Assembly (NCBI GenBank): GCA_951406725.2
Contig: OX597833.1
Coordinates: forward strand, 7,254,001 to 7,318,000
Origin: Octopus vulgaris
Taxonomy: Eukaryota
Reading direction: 5' to 3'
Length of the DNA: 64,000 nt
The notes below the pieces were generated by a model. That model was not told the origin of the DNA. It did no database searches and saw only the letters and a program-made list of their open reading frames with translations. A program made the position numbers and the translations under genes. Below are positions 25,726-38,870 of the stretch, in pieces (the first letter of the stretch is position 1; every line of letters begins with the position of its first letter).

Positions 25726-25909
25726 GCGTTACAGAAACGCCGCATTCGTCAGAACATTACAGTAACGTGGAATTCTGCAACGCGAAGCCTATCTTCTTAT
25801 TGGCTTCCTTCGACGTCCAATGTATACGGAAGTCAATGGGAAGTACGTTCCGTGTTGCAGAATTCCAGGTTAAAGCAATATTTTCAGGAATGCAACGCTT
25901 CTGTAACAC
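25726..25909. mobile_element. MITE with ~60-bp imperfect TIRs
   Basis: gttacagaaacg...tggaattctgcaacgcg / cgtgttgcagaattcca...cgcttctgtaac. Confidence 0.7.
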
Positions 25910-25970
25910 AAGGAATGGTTATATTTTGATAGAATATCTGGGCAGGACTTTAAGAGATTATGGAATGGAT

Positions 25971-26031
25971 ATCAATGACCATCACTGATGACTAATAACA
26001 CCAATGTTAGTCATCAGTGATGGCCGTTGAT
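25971..26031. other. 61-nt near-perfect hairpin
   Basis: atcaatgaccatcactgatgactaa / ttagtcatcagtgatggccgttgat. Confidence 0.8.
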
Positions 26032-26279
26032 GGCATTTGTATTAACAGACACAACAGACTATTTCTGTCTTCAGATCTGTGGGTGTATCTGTGTGTGGCT
26101 GTATGTTTGACCTTTGTCCCTTTGTTATTTAAATGCCTTGATTTTATCGGTTCCTGAAAATTACACACAAACACACAAGGTGATAATGGTGGTGGTGGTG
26201 GTGGTGGTAGTGGTGATGACGATGATGATGATGGTGGTGGTGGTGGTGGTGGTGATGATGATGATGATGATGGTGGTGG

Positions 26280-26323
<44 letters not shown>

Positions 26324-26869
26324 GTGATGATGATTGAATATCTTTGTGCATAGAATTGAAACAAAGATATTCTTGAGTTTGTTTTGTTTCGTTTGCTTGT
26401 TTGTTTGGTAATTTCGGTGAGAATCAAGAGAAAGAGAAGAAAGAGAAGAGTCACATCCTTGGTGCCCCGCCGCTACTACCATGCCATCTTCGCTTGCCAG
26501 TGACGGCTAAGATCTATACATATGAATGCGTTTGTTTTGTGTGTATGTGTGTGTGTATGCATGTAGGAAATGATGTCCCCTTGTGTGAATGCATCGCCTG
26601 TCATATGTGTCTGGGTTGCGCAAATGAATGCAAAGAATAAATCCGATTTCAATATAAACCTTTCGTCTTTATGAGAGACCTCAATAAACGGGGTACGCAC
26701 ACATTCCGTGTACCGTACTGTACCCTGCTTCAGTTATATACCTTTGCGATTTAACATTGCAAGCGCTGGCTTAAGTACCAACATTCACCGCTGATGCACG
26801 TGCATCCGTGCGTGCGCGCGTGTATTTGTGTTTATTTATTATATATTTATGTATGAGTGTGTATATATA

Positions 26870-26915
<46 letters not shown>

Positions 26916-26918
26916 GTA

Positions 26919-26983
<65 letters not shown>

Positions 26984-26995
26984 TATATTTATATA

Positions 26996-27049
<54 letters not shown>

Positions 27050-27698
27050 AATGCATATATATATGTGTGTGTGTGTGTGTAGATATATGCATGGATGCAT
27101 GAATACGTAGGGAGTGTGGAAAGAGATAGTGCGAGATAGATTCGTAGATAATGGAGTATATTATTACATACAACCTGTATTTCATAAACAAACTACCATC
27201 ATCACCATCATCGTCGTCGTTATAACCACTACCACCACCACCACCCACCACCAACAACAACAACAACAACAACAGCACCATCACTACCTCTTCTAGCCCA
27301 ATACCCTCCATCCCCACCCCCACCAGCAGCACCACTGTGCTACCAATTCCACCACTAATACTACATCCGTCAACACTATCACACTGTCTCTGCTGCCACC
27401 ACCACCATCACCACCACCACCACAACCACCACCGCTACCAATACTACTACGACTATCAATACAAGCATTATTAAAACCAACACCACCATTATCGTCACCG
27501 CCACCACCACCACCACCGCCGCCGCCACCACTACGAATACCCCCGCCGCCCTCGCCCTCACCATCTCCTCATTGACTCACTCCTTCCGTAAACTTCTAAA
27601 ACTTTTCCTCTCATTCGAGTCACTCTTTTACCTGTCTGTCTGTTCGTCTTAGCTCTCTGCCTGCCTGCCTGTCAGCCTACCTGTCTGTTTGCCTGCCT

Positions 27699-27740
<42 letters not shown>

Positions 27741-27959
27741 TCTCTTCCTCTTCACCGTCGCCATCTTAACGATTGCTGCCCTCCACCAACCCCCGTGCAT
27801 CCCCCGTGCATCACACACACGCATACATATACACACACGCGCTCACACACACACACACACTGTTCTCACACTTTCACTCCCTCACTCGCACCTACTCTCT
27901 CTCCCACTCTCCCTCCCTCTGCCCCTCTCTCTGCCTCTCTCTCTGTCTCTGTCTCTGCC

Positions 27960-28167
27960 TTCCATCTCACTGACGTCTCATCTACTGAAATACATCACAC
28001 GGCTTGGAGTACCCGTTCAGCTCCTTAAATATCCATGCAGTTACCGACCGCCATCGCGCACCATTTTTAGTCAGAGACGTCGGCTGTCAGTCGTAGCAAT
28101 CGTGGCAAATACCATTCCTCAGTTCAACACTCTTCACAAGCTTCTGCTGGACGTTTGGTAGACCGGG
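27960..28167 (+). promoter_or_regulatory. Candidate promoter and first exon
   Basis: CpG-enriched unique sequence after (CT)n tract; tgacgtct, cgccat/ccatttt YY1-like and tcagt Inr-like motifs; gg|gtaagc donor at 28168. Confidence 0.3.
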
Positions 28168-28329
28168 GTAAGCCAGACACTAACTTTCTTCTCTCTTTCT
28201 CACGATTTCCAAACAAATTTACCAAACAAACACAAAACCAACGAAATTATCACTGTTTCGATTTTACGCACAAACATATTCAACCATCATCACCATTAGC
28301 ATCCTCAACATCCTCAGCATGATCATCAT

Positions 28330-28331
28330 CA

Positions 28332-28390
<59 letters not shown>

Positions 28391-28591
28391 GAAACAGCGA
28401 AATACTTAGCCGTATTTCGTGTGCCGCTACCTTCTGAGTTCAAATTCTGCCGAAGTCAGCTTTACCTATCATCTTTTCGGGGTCGATAAATTAAGTACCA
28501 GTTATACACTGGAGTCGATGTATTCGACACATCCCCTCCCCCAAAATGAATGGCCTTGTGGCAAACTTTGGAACCATTATTATTGTTATTA

Positions 28592-28663
<72 letters not shown>

Positions 28664-28873
28664 CGGCGAGCTGGCAGAATCGTTAGCGCATCGGATAAAA
28701 TGTTTAGCACCATTTCTTCCGAGTATTTAAGTCCTGAGTTCAAATTCGGCCGAGGTCGGCTTTACCTTTCATTCTTTTGGGGTTCGATAAAATATATACC
28801 AGTCGAGCACTCGATTCAATGTAATTTCGACTAACCCATCCTCCGAAATTTCCTGCTTTGTACCTAGAGCAGA

Positions 28874-28926
<53 letters not shown>

Positions 28927-29135
28927 TGATGATGATAATAATAATAATATTGGTGGCGAGCTGGTAGACTCAATAGCATGACGGGCAAAATGCTCTGCAG
29001 CATTTTGTCCGTCTTTATGTTCTGAGTTCAAATTCCACCGGGGTCGATAAAATAAGTAGCAGTTAAGCACTAGAGGACGATATAATCGACTTCCTCTCCC
29101 CGAAAATTGCTGGCCTTGTGCCAAAATTTGAAGTC

Positions 29136-29203
<68 letters not shown>

Positions 29204-29418
29204 GGCGGCCAGCTGGCAGAATCGTTAGCACGCCGGACGAAATGCTTAGTGGTATTTCGCCGGTCGCTACGTTCTGAGTTCAAATACCACCAAGGTCGAC
29301 TTCGCCTTTCATCCTTTCGGCGTCGGCAAAATAAGTACCAGTTGAACACTGGCTGGGGTCGATGTAATCAACTCATCCCCTCCCACAAAATTGCTGCCCC
29401 TGTGGCAAAATTTGAAAC

Positions 29419-29466
<48 letters not shown>
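28330..29466 (+). mobile_element. Tandem array of four SINE family B copies separated by (ATT)n/(AAT)n
   Basis: Copies at ~28395-28580, 28662-28872, 28952-29135, 29204-29420, all + strand. Confidence 0.85.
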
Positions 29467-29716
29467 GAGGAACTGCATAAGTCTGAATGGAGAGACTCCG
29501 TGAGACGTTTGTAATGGTTGTGGGACTTGCTACATGTGTCGTGTGGTGGGGAAAGCTGCGGAGTAGTCTGTCATAGTGTATTGCCGTGAGTTCGTTTCGT
29601 TGAAATATATCCACACACCTAACCGCCGTCCTGGTATCAAATACTGTTAACATACAAAAAAAGACCCTTGAAAATGAAACGACCTGTTACATTAGCATTA
29701 ATGATGAAAAATAGGG

Positions 29717-29754
<38 letters not shown>

Positions 29755-29915
29755 ATGTATATGTGTATGTGTGTATATGTATGTATATATGTATGTATAT
29801 GTAAGTATGTGTGTGTATATGTAAAGATATACATGTAATGTGGCAGATTAAGTATGTTTTGATAGAAATGTATGTACATAGTTGCATGCATACATACGTA
29901 TATATACATATATAT

Positions 29916-30318
29916 GAGTGGCTGTGTGGTAAGTAGCTTGCTAACCAACCACATGGCTCCGGGTTCAGTCCCACTGCGTGGCATCTTGGGCAAGTGTCTT
30001 CTGCTATAGTCCCGGGCCGACCAATGCCTTGTGAGTGGATTTGGCAGACGGAAACTGAAAGAAGCCTGTCGTATATATGTATATATGTGTATGTGTGTGT
30101 ATATGTTTGTGTGTCTGTGTTTGTCCCTCTAGCATCGCTTGACAACCGATGCTGGTGTGTTTACGTCCCCGTCACTTAGCGGTTCGGCAAAAAAACCCTC
30201 GATAGAATAAGTACTGGGCTTACAAAGAATAAGTCCCGGGGTTTATTTTCTCGACTAAAGGCGGTGCTCCAGCATGGCCGCAGTCAAATGACTGAAACAA
30301 GTAAAAGAGTAAAAGAGT
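29916..30318 (+). mobile_element. SINE family C with internal (TA/TG)n
   Basis: gtggctgtgtggtaag A box, gggttcagtccc B box, ttgggcaagtgtctt, aaaagagt tail. Confidence 0.9.
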
Positions 30319-30363
30319 ATATATATGTATATATTGGAAGGTTTGGAGATGATGTACAGGTAT

Positions 30364-30478
30364 TATATATTAGAAGAAATGAGGTACTCAGAAAATCGGA
30401 TGGTTTTATATTTACAAATAAACATCTGTAAATATAAACCATCCGATTTTCTGAGTACCTCATTTCTTCTAATATATA
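30364..30478. repeat. Near-perfect fold-back (~52-bp arms, 10-nt loop) abutting (TA)n
   Basis: ttagaagaaatgaggtactcagaaaatcggatgg / ccatccgattttctgagtacctcatttcttctaa; single arm also at ~23392-23440. Confidence 0.85.
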
Positions 30479-30501
30479 TATATATATATATATATGCATA
30501 T

Positions 30502-30550
<49 letters not shown>

Positions 30551-30552
30551 TA

Positions 30553-30596
<44 letters not shown>

Positions 30597-30606
30597 TATA
30601 GATATG

Positions 30607-30643
<37 letters not shown>

Positions 30644-30647
30644 TATG

Positions 30648-30695
<48 letters not shown>

Positions 30696-30815
30696 TACAT
30701 ATGCATATATATATATAGTATAAATTAAATATATGAGTGTATGTAATATATATAAACATATGCATATATGCTTATACCCGCCTACACTCCTCACAATCCC
30801 ACACCCACTCACACC

Positions 30816-30848
<33 letters not shown>

Positions 30849-30932
30849 GTATACATATTTCTTACATCTATGCATATATATATATATATATGTATGTTTG
30901 TATGCATGTATGTATGTATGTAAGTATATATA

Positions 30933-31039
30933 TCGAAGAGTTTTGCTCGAAACATAAAATCACCTTTCTTTCCTTCCCGAGCGTCTGCTAATACTTTGCA
31001 TGTACCACGTCCTCGCATTATTGTTTTTTCCTTGTTCTT

Positions 31040-31042
<3 letters not shown>
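30933..31042 (+). mobile_element. Diverged, 5'-truncated family H1 copy
   Basis: cgaagagttttgctcgaaac...gagcgtc...ccacgtcctcgc. Confidence 0.7.
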
Positions 31043-31087
<45 letters not shown>

Positions 31088-31199
31088 CTCACACATACAC
31101 ACGTAATGTATTAGCATAACCTGACAGTTCCCTTCGCTCACAAATCTGTGGCTTTGTACCTTTTACCTTAATGTTTGTATGTCCTTGTGGCTAATTATC

Positions 31200-31268
<69 letters not shown>

Positions 31269-31439
31269 CATTATTATTATTATTATTATGAATGGGGTAA
31301 GGGTAAAGTTATCCTCGATGTCATTAGAACTCGGAGTGCAGAGAAACGGATCAAATAATGCATTGCATTCCATGCGACTCCCACACGACTCGCCACTTCG
31401 CTTCCGCTATCAGTTAACAACAACAGCAACAACAATTTC

Positions 31440-31559
31440 AACCTAGAATGCAAAGACGGACGAAATGCCGCTCAACATTTTGTCCGACACGCTAACGATT
31501 CTACCAGAATAATAATAATCATTGGGAACAACAACAATAACAAAGTCAATAACAACAAC

Positions 31560-31624
<65 letters not shown>

Positions 31625-31648
31625 TAATAATAATAATGATTAATAATG

Positions 31649-31696
<48 letters not shown>

Positions 31697-31860
31697 TAAT
31701 AATGATAATGATAATAGTTTCTGATGTGGGTACAAATTCAGTAATTTTGAGGGTGGGGAGCTAGTGGATTATATCAACCCCATGACTGGAACTTAATTTT
31801 ATTGACCCTCAAAAGAATGAAAGTAAAATCGACTTCGGAGAGATTTGAACTCAGTGCGTG
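31440..31860 (-). mobile_element. Degraded SINE family B pieces around an (AAT)n tract
   Basis: cgctaacgattctaccag and gaatgaaagtaaaatcgac...atttgaactcag motifs. Confidence 0.6.
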
Positions 31861-32139
31861 AAGAATGTCATTATACACAGATAGAAACCACTGATCGCCA
31901 TGCCTCTGCTCATCTACCGCTATTAGCTCTGGGATTCGGTGCTCCCAGAAATCTCCACAAACATCGTTTGAATGGGGCGAAACCACAAAAACGTTCTTCA
32001 CTCCGGATACATCTGCCTTAGATTATAAGGATATTCTGGCATCATTTTAACCAAAATCTGCTCATTGTCGTGTCTTTTGAATCCCAGCCTTATTTGGTCT
32101 TCGGTAACTGGTACATCAATGTAATATCCTTCATACAAT

Positions 32140-32510
32140 GGAGGCGCAATGGCCCAGTGGTTAGGGCAGCGGACTCGCGGTTTCGATTCCCAGACCGGGC
32201 GTTGTGAGCGTTTATTGAGCGAAAGCACCTAAAAGCTCCACGAGGCTCCGGCAGGGATGGTGGTGATCCCTGCTGTACTCTTTCACCACAACTTTCTCTC
32301 ACTCTTACTTCCTGTTTCTGTTGTACCTGTATTTCAAAGGGCCGGCCTTGTCACTCTCTGTGTCACGCTGAATATCCCCGAGAACTACGTTAAGGGTACA
32401 CGTGTCTGTGGAGTGCTCAGCCACTTACACGTTAATTTCACGAGCAGGCTGTTCCGTTGATTCGGATCAACCGGAAACCTCATCGTCGTAACCGACGGAG
32501 TGCTTCCACA
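32140..32510 (+). mobile_element. SINE family A with 13-bp TSD
   Basis: Matches 347-720; TSD atccttca(t/c)acaa at 32126-32138 and 32513-32525. Confidence 0.9.
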
Positions 32511-33490
32511 CAATCCTTCACACAAAATGAGCATTATATTCTTCAGGAAGTACAGATCCCTCTTTCGAACGTCTGCGAATTTCATGTCATCTTCACCGCC
32601 TTCGTCGTCATATTTGTTGTAATTTACGCGGTAGTATTTCGGAATCGTCTATCTTTTCCGACTGGATATCCCACTTCCTTTTTCCTGTCACTTTCCTTCC
32701 TTCTCCTGCTTCCATCACGTCACCTCTCATAGTCACAATACGATAGTCTAGTTGGTTGTGTATAATTGTCTATAGTAAAAATGACAATAATGTATTAACA
32801 CTAACAGATTGATACTGCAAAAACTAAATAATTATTTTACAGCTAGTATTGCTACGGATTTGTATATGTGTTATAAATGTTATACACGCTGGTATTTCAT
32901 CTAAGAGTGTTATATTCACTTTTATATTAATTGCATATATTAATTTAGTTATTACCTGGCTAGCTTTCGCACAGGTTGTTCCGTTTATTGAATTTTACAT
33001 CAGAACAAGCATTTTAGGCTTAGCTTAAAACGTCCTAGGTATTTGTCACTGAAGAATTTGAAGTTAGAGCGCAGTGAGTCGGAACTAAAACCGATTATTC
33101 AGCAATCTAACGATTCTGTCAATTTACCGTTATAACGTTCTGAAGAAGCGAGTTGAAAAAACTAAAGAATTACATTTTCTTAACTATTGAAAAAATAAAA
33201 ATTAAGGTGGTGAGATGTCAAAGAATGTAGCCATTTCTGAAAAGATGTTGATAGATTACCGCTGAGGATGGCAAAAAAGAAAAAGAAGCTCGAGAAAATA
33301 TTGATAATAAGAACTATAAATTTTAGGTAGGTGAGGGTCATTCTCGGAAGACATCTGTTAATCTATTTATACGTGCATTCTAATATATAAATAAATAAAT
33401 AAGTAAATAATAAATAAATAGATAAATAATAATAATAATAATAACAGCAATAATAATAATAATAATAACAACAACAACAACAACAACAAC

Positions 33491-33550
<60 letters not shown>

Positions 33551-33585
33551 TATTATTATTGTTATTATTATAACAATAACAAATA

Positions 33586-33989
33586 GGCGCAGGAGTGTCT
33601 GTGTGGTAAGTAGCTTGTTTATCAACCACATGGTTCCGGGTTCAGTCCCACTGCGTGGCACCTTGGGCAAGTGTCTTCTACTATTGCCTCGGACCGACCA
33701 AAGCCTTGTGAGTGGATTTGGTAGACGGAAACTGAAAGAAGCCTGTCGTATATATGTATATATATATATGCGTGTGTGTGTTTGTGCGTCTGTGTTTGTC
33801 CCCCTAGCATTGCTTGACAACCGATGCTGGTGTATTTATGTCCCCGCCTTTAGCGGTTCGGCAAAAGAGACCGATAGAATAAGTACTGGGCTTACAAAGA
33901 ATAAGTCCCGGGGTCGAGTTGCTCGATTAAAGGCGGTGCTCCAGGATGGCCGCAGTCAAATGACTGAAACAAGTAAAAGAGTAAAGAGT
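33586..33989 (+). mobile_element. SINE family C, full length
   Basis: Matches 29916-30318. Confidence 0.9.
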
Positions 33990-33994
33990 AATTC

Positions 33995-34170
33995 TTGTAA
34001 TTTTGGCTCAATATCAGCAATTTTCGTAAGAGGGGATTGTCGTTTACATCAGCCACAGTACTTGACTGTTCCTTTATTTTATCGATTCCGAAGGGATAAT
34101 AGGCAATGTCGATCTTAGCGGATTTGAACCCAGAATGTAAAGAGACGGAAGAAATGCCGCTAAGCATTGT
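33995..34170 (-). mobile_element. SINE family B, degraded
   Basis: atttgaacccagaatgtaaagagacggaagaaatgccgctaagcat. Confidence 0.65.
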
Positions 34171-34584
34171 TTCCGAAATTAGACCGAAATTAGTTTGGTT
34201 TTAACAAGATTTCGTGATGTTCATTCTTTTCGTGAGGGCAATGAGCGCCGTAAGTGAAGTGCAATCGGGATCTTAAACCGCATTGCAATCTCTTGTCCTG
34301 TAAAAGATATGAACTACTGAATCAATGAGTTGCCTTTATTAGGGCCCATGTGACTACACAACTGAGAAATATATTTGGGGGAGGTACAGCACACATATCA
34401 TAAAATAACATATATACATATATACATATATATAGATACTTATATACAAAGATGCATGCATGAATGCACACATGTACATATACATGTATGCATACATAGA
34501 TGTTGGATCAATCATCGGTTACATACGCATACACACAGATATAGATAGCTGAATATATAAGTTTATGTGTGTTAGTATATATAT

Positions 34585-34784
34585 CGCGTGTGTACCGTTG
34601 GCGATTTTTTCCTCCGTCTTCCCTTCCTTGAATCTTTCCTTTTCCTATGTTTCTGACGAAGAGCTCCGCTCGAAACGTTAAACCCTCCTTCTTCTTCCTT
34701 CCTTCCTGAGCGTCCAATAACACTATACTTGTTCCACATCCTCGCGTTGTTGTGTTTTCTCTTTGTGTTTTTATGTTTGGATTA

Positions 34785-34787
<3 letters not shown>
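34585..34787 (+). mobile_element. Family H1 copy ending in (TA)n
   Basis: Matches 741-937. Confidence 0.85.
34649..34683 (+). ncRNA. Minimal type I hammerhead ribozyme, canonical core
   Basis: gttt-CTGACGA-a-gagc tcc gctc-GAAA-CGT-T-aaac; predicted cleavage after GUU (34679). Confidence 0.75.
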
Positions 34788-34871
<84 letters not shown>

Positions 34872-34894
34872 ATGTATGTATGTATGTATATATG

Positions 34895-34942
<48 letters not shown>

Positions 34943-35133
34943 AATACATACATGCATAAACAGATAGATATGTGGATGTATACGCATACATATATAAAAT
35001 CAAAATAAGCAACAGGATATCAAGTAGTGATGCAGTACGATCGTTTCAAGTGGCTCCATTTAACTGAACATTGGGGTCGATGTAATCGACTAGTCCCCTC
35101 TCTCCAAATTTCAAGCCTTGTGCCTTTAGTAGA

Positions 35134-35189
<56 letters not shown>

Positions 35190-35665
35190 AGTGTTATTAT
35201 TCATGGTGTGCACGAATGGCTTTGATACAGGGTTACAACAATCTTCCTTAGATATCGAGGGTCTTTCTGACAATTCTTGCTCTTCCCAAAAGAGCAGGTT
35301 TCGGAATTAATGCATGTTTCGTAGTTACACCAATCTCAATAAGGAAACTGTTAAGTCTGTTGGGGACGGTACGTGGGACACCTGTAACAACTGGGATTAC
35401 CTTTGTAGAAACCCTCCACAGTCGCCGTATTTCCCGAGCCAAACCCTGCTATTTTCCTTTTTTTTTTCTCCTGTTTTATGACCGCTACATTCGTGTCCGC
35501 AGATATAGCGACATCTATGGTGATGCACCCTTTCCCCCATCTTCTTCAGAACCATAATATCAGCATGGAGTTCGCGATCAGCCCGTACATTAAAATCCCA
35601 TAAAACCTTGTATTGGCAGTTCTCTTTTACACTTTCTGGTTGCAGTTGCTACCATTTCTTTCCTA
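35190..35665 (-). mobile_element. R4/Dong-type retrotransposon 3' end in (AAT)n
   Basis: YKVLWDF...IDVAI...EIRRLWRVSTKVIPVVTG...ALLGRARIVRKTLDI*; 3' end runs into the (ATT)n tract at 35133-35187. Confidence 0.8.
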
Positions 35666-35689
35666 CTTATATATTCCTCTGTATTCCGG

Positions 35690-35899
35690 TTCTTTACGCT
35701 CTGAGTTGAAACCCCGCCGAGGTCGACTTTGTTGTTGTTTCTGAGTCGATAAAATAAACACTATTTAAGTACTTGGGTTGATGTAAACGATTAGCCTCAC
35801 CTCGGGTAGACGCAAAAACTGTATCTTCCACGGGAGTGCTCCGACTTTGCCTTTCATCGTTGCGGGGTCGATATATTAAGTACCAGAGACACACTGGGG

Positions 35900-35902
<3 letters not shown>
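35690..35902 (+). mobile_element. SINE family B fragments
   Basis: ccgccgaggtcgactttg and cgactttgcctttcatcg...gtaccag motifs. Confidence 0.65.
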
Positions 35903-35952
<50 letters not shown>

Positions 35953-36249
35953 AGTTATGTATGTATGTATATATGTATATGTGTGTGTGTGTTTGTATGT
36001 ATATATATATATATATGTATCTATACATATATGTATGCATATATACATACATACACACACACACACATATGTAAGAAAGGTTGAGTTCAATTTGAACGCT
36101 TTTACTTTGATTCTTACATGTTGGTGTTACCATTTGAAACGATCGAATGTATGGATTAAAAGTTTATAACATCTCTTCTCCATCTTTAATTGTTTGTTGA
36201 GTTTATATAGGACTTATGTTCTATAAAAGCTCATAGTATACCTTATACT

Positions 36250-36281
<32 letters not shown>

Positions 36282-36474
36282 TGTATGTATGTATGTATGT
36301 ATGTATGTATGTATGTATGTATGTATGTATGTATGTATGTATGTATGTATGTATGTATGCATGTATGGATGGATGGATGGATGGATGGATGGAAACCTAC
36401 GTAGTGGATATACAAATATGGCAAATCTAACAATTTCTTAGTAAATTAAATTAAAAAGAAAACTAGGGACATAT

Positions 36475-36639
36475 AGGCGAAGGCGATACCGTGTGGTAAG
36501 AAACTTACTTTCCAACCACATGGTTCCGGGTTCAGTCCCACTGCGTGGCACCTTGGGCATGTGTCTTCTACTATAGTCTCGAGCCAACCAAAGCCTTGTG
36601 AGAGATTTGGTAGATGGAAACTGAAAGAAGCCCATCGGG

Positions 36640-36640
<1 letters not shown>
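36475..36640 (+). mobile_element. SINE family C, 5' half ending in its internal (TA)n
   Basis: ccacatggttccgggttcagtcccactgcgtggcaccttgggc. Confidence 0.85.
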
Positions 36641-36674
<34 letters not shown>

Positions 36675-36675
36675 A

Positions 36676-36735
<60 letters not shown>

Positions 36736-36962
36736 ATTAGAGATAAAACCACTATTAGGCAAATCATACAATGAAAGACTTAAGCCAATACATAAGATTA
36801 TTTAATTTATATTATTTAAATATATAACAAAATTATTTAAAAAAAATATAATTAATATTAATATTAATCTCTAATTTAATATAATATAATATTTTAGAGT
36901 AAAATAGGATTCAATCCTAAATCTGATTTTTCCCTGTAAGTTTGGATTTATTCCCTAATATT

Positions 36963-37011
<49 letters not shown>

Positions 37012-37097
37012 TTTGGATTTTATTCCCTCAATTAATAATAATTATATATATATATATAGTGAAGGCGCATGGCTCAGTGGTTAGAGCGTCTCCTCCT

Positions 37098-37151
<54 letters not shown>

Positions 37152-38200
37152 TAGCTGTGTCGTTACATTATCCTTTACTGTATTCTATGTTTAATGGTCG
37201 CCCCAGATAAAATACAATTCTAAATCACCAATCCCAGCCTACTTTGTTTTAATGCGGTTCAACCCCAATATTATCAATTAATACGACGACCTTCAAGGCA
37301 CCCAAGAACAGTTGGGTAGGTTGTATGCATTATCTTCTCGAGGGTAGCACTAAGTTTCAAGCTGCACTGGTAATTGATACGATCTTCAAGATATCTGTAC
37401 CAGCTATTAATATTCCAGCTTCCCTCGTATTAGGTAATTAGATAGATTCTATAAGGCGTTGGTATACGTATATTGATGGTGGAGGCTGGTGGTAGATGGT
37501 ATACGTATGTTGGTACAAGGGCTGGCGTGGGATATCGATATCGGTGGACGGGGAGGGGCGGGAGGGCGATATCACTATTGTCAGCTGATAGTTGTATAAT
37601 GCATGTAAATCTAGGACGGCAATTAACATACTGTTCGTTGTTTGCAGTTAGTGATGTGGAGGGTTGGTAATCTCACACCTTGCTAAATCTGCAGCCCGGT
37701 TTCGATTCCCAGTTGGATTGTATTCGGTTTATTTATATCACAAATAGTTTTAAAGAACACCGTGAAGAATTACGGTCAGAGGGCTTTGTTGCATCATAGA
37801 TCTAATTTCAAATTCCTTCAAGGAACAAGAAATCTTTGTTTTCTCCATTTGGGGATAATATCAGAACCAACTTTTTAAGTGACCCTAAACCTTCCACACC
37901 TGTGCCTATTGGTAGTCGTCCTAGAAAAATTATGATGATATCAGAGCCTACATGATATAATTACATAAGTCGGTCTCTTGATTGCGTTATTTGTAATGGG
38001 TCATCTTTACTGGAGAGGATAGTGCTGTAGCTTGGTCTGTAGGAAGGGTCCCTCATTAAATAATTTCCGTGTTAATATTTGAAAACATCACTGAAATTAA
38101 GGAAACCCTCATCGACCATCCACGACGCCGTCTCCTCTCGCTGCTTCCATTCAAAATCTCTCTCTCTCTCTCTATCTATCTATCTGTCTGTTTATGTCTG

Positions 38201-38248
<48 letters not shown>

Positions 38249-38552
38249 AATATATGTATGTATAGAAGTGTGTGCGCGCATGTGACCGCACGTGTGTGCG
38301 TATGTGTTTGTGTGTGTGTGTGTGTAGTTCAACTTCAAACTCTTCATCTACCTGTTATGGTGGTTCAGCATCCATTTGCATTTGGAGCATACACTGCAGA
38401 CGATGCAAATAACCACAATGGCGAAATGTAAATAGGAGACATGATATAAAATCTGCATTTACTATTTATCATATATATAATGATGTAAATGTAATATCCA
38501 GTGATCGAGGTGGAGCAAGAAAGTTCATATATATATATATATATATAACATA

Positions 38553-38717
38553 CAAGCTGTATCGTTACATTATTCTTTAAATGTATTCTATGATTCTAAG
38601 ATGTCCTTGGCCTGGATTTTTACCACCTCTGAGGTCATACTCCTCAACCCACCCGCTTTGAAACATATGTAACCCGGACCTTACCCACTCCATTCCGTAA
38701 CTCTTATATATATAAGA
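38553..38717 (-). mobile_element. Possible short Helitron-like element
   Basis: Minus strand starts tcttatatatataagag like the 3255 Helitron; other end matches ctagctgtgtcgttacattat at 37151. Confidence 0.35.
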
Positions 38718-38820
38718 TTATGCATGAAGACTAATCATGCAATGTCATTATGTGTAATCACACTAAGCCTTGAACCTATGAACATGTATATGTTTACATA
38801 TACATACACATACCCCCCCC

Positions 38821-38870
<50 letters not shown>

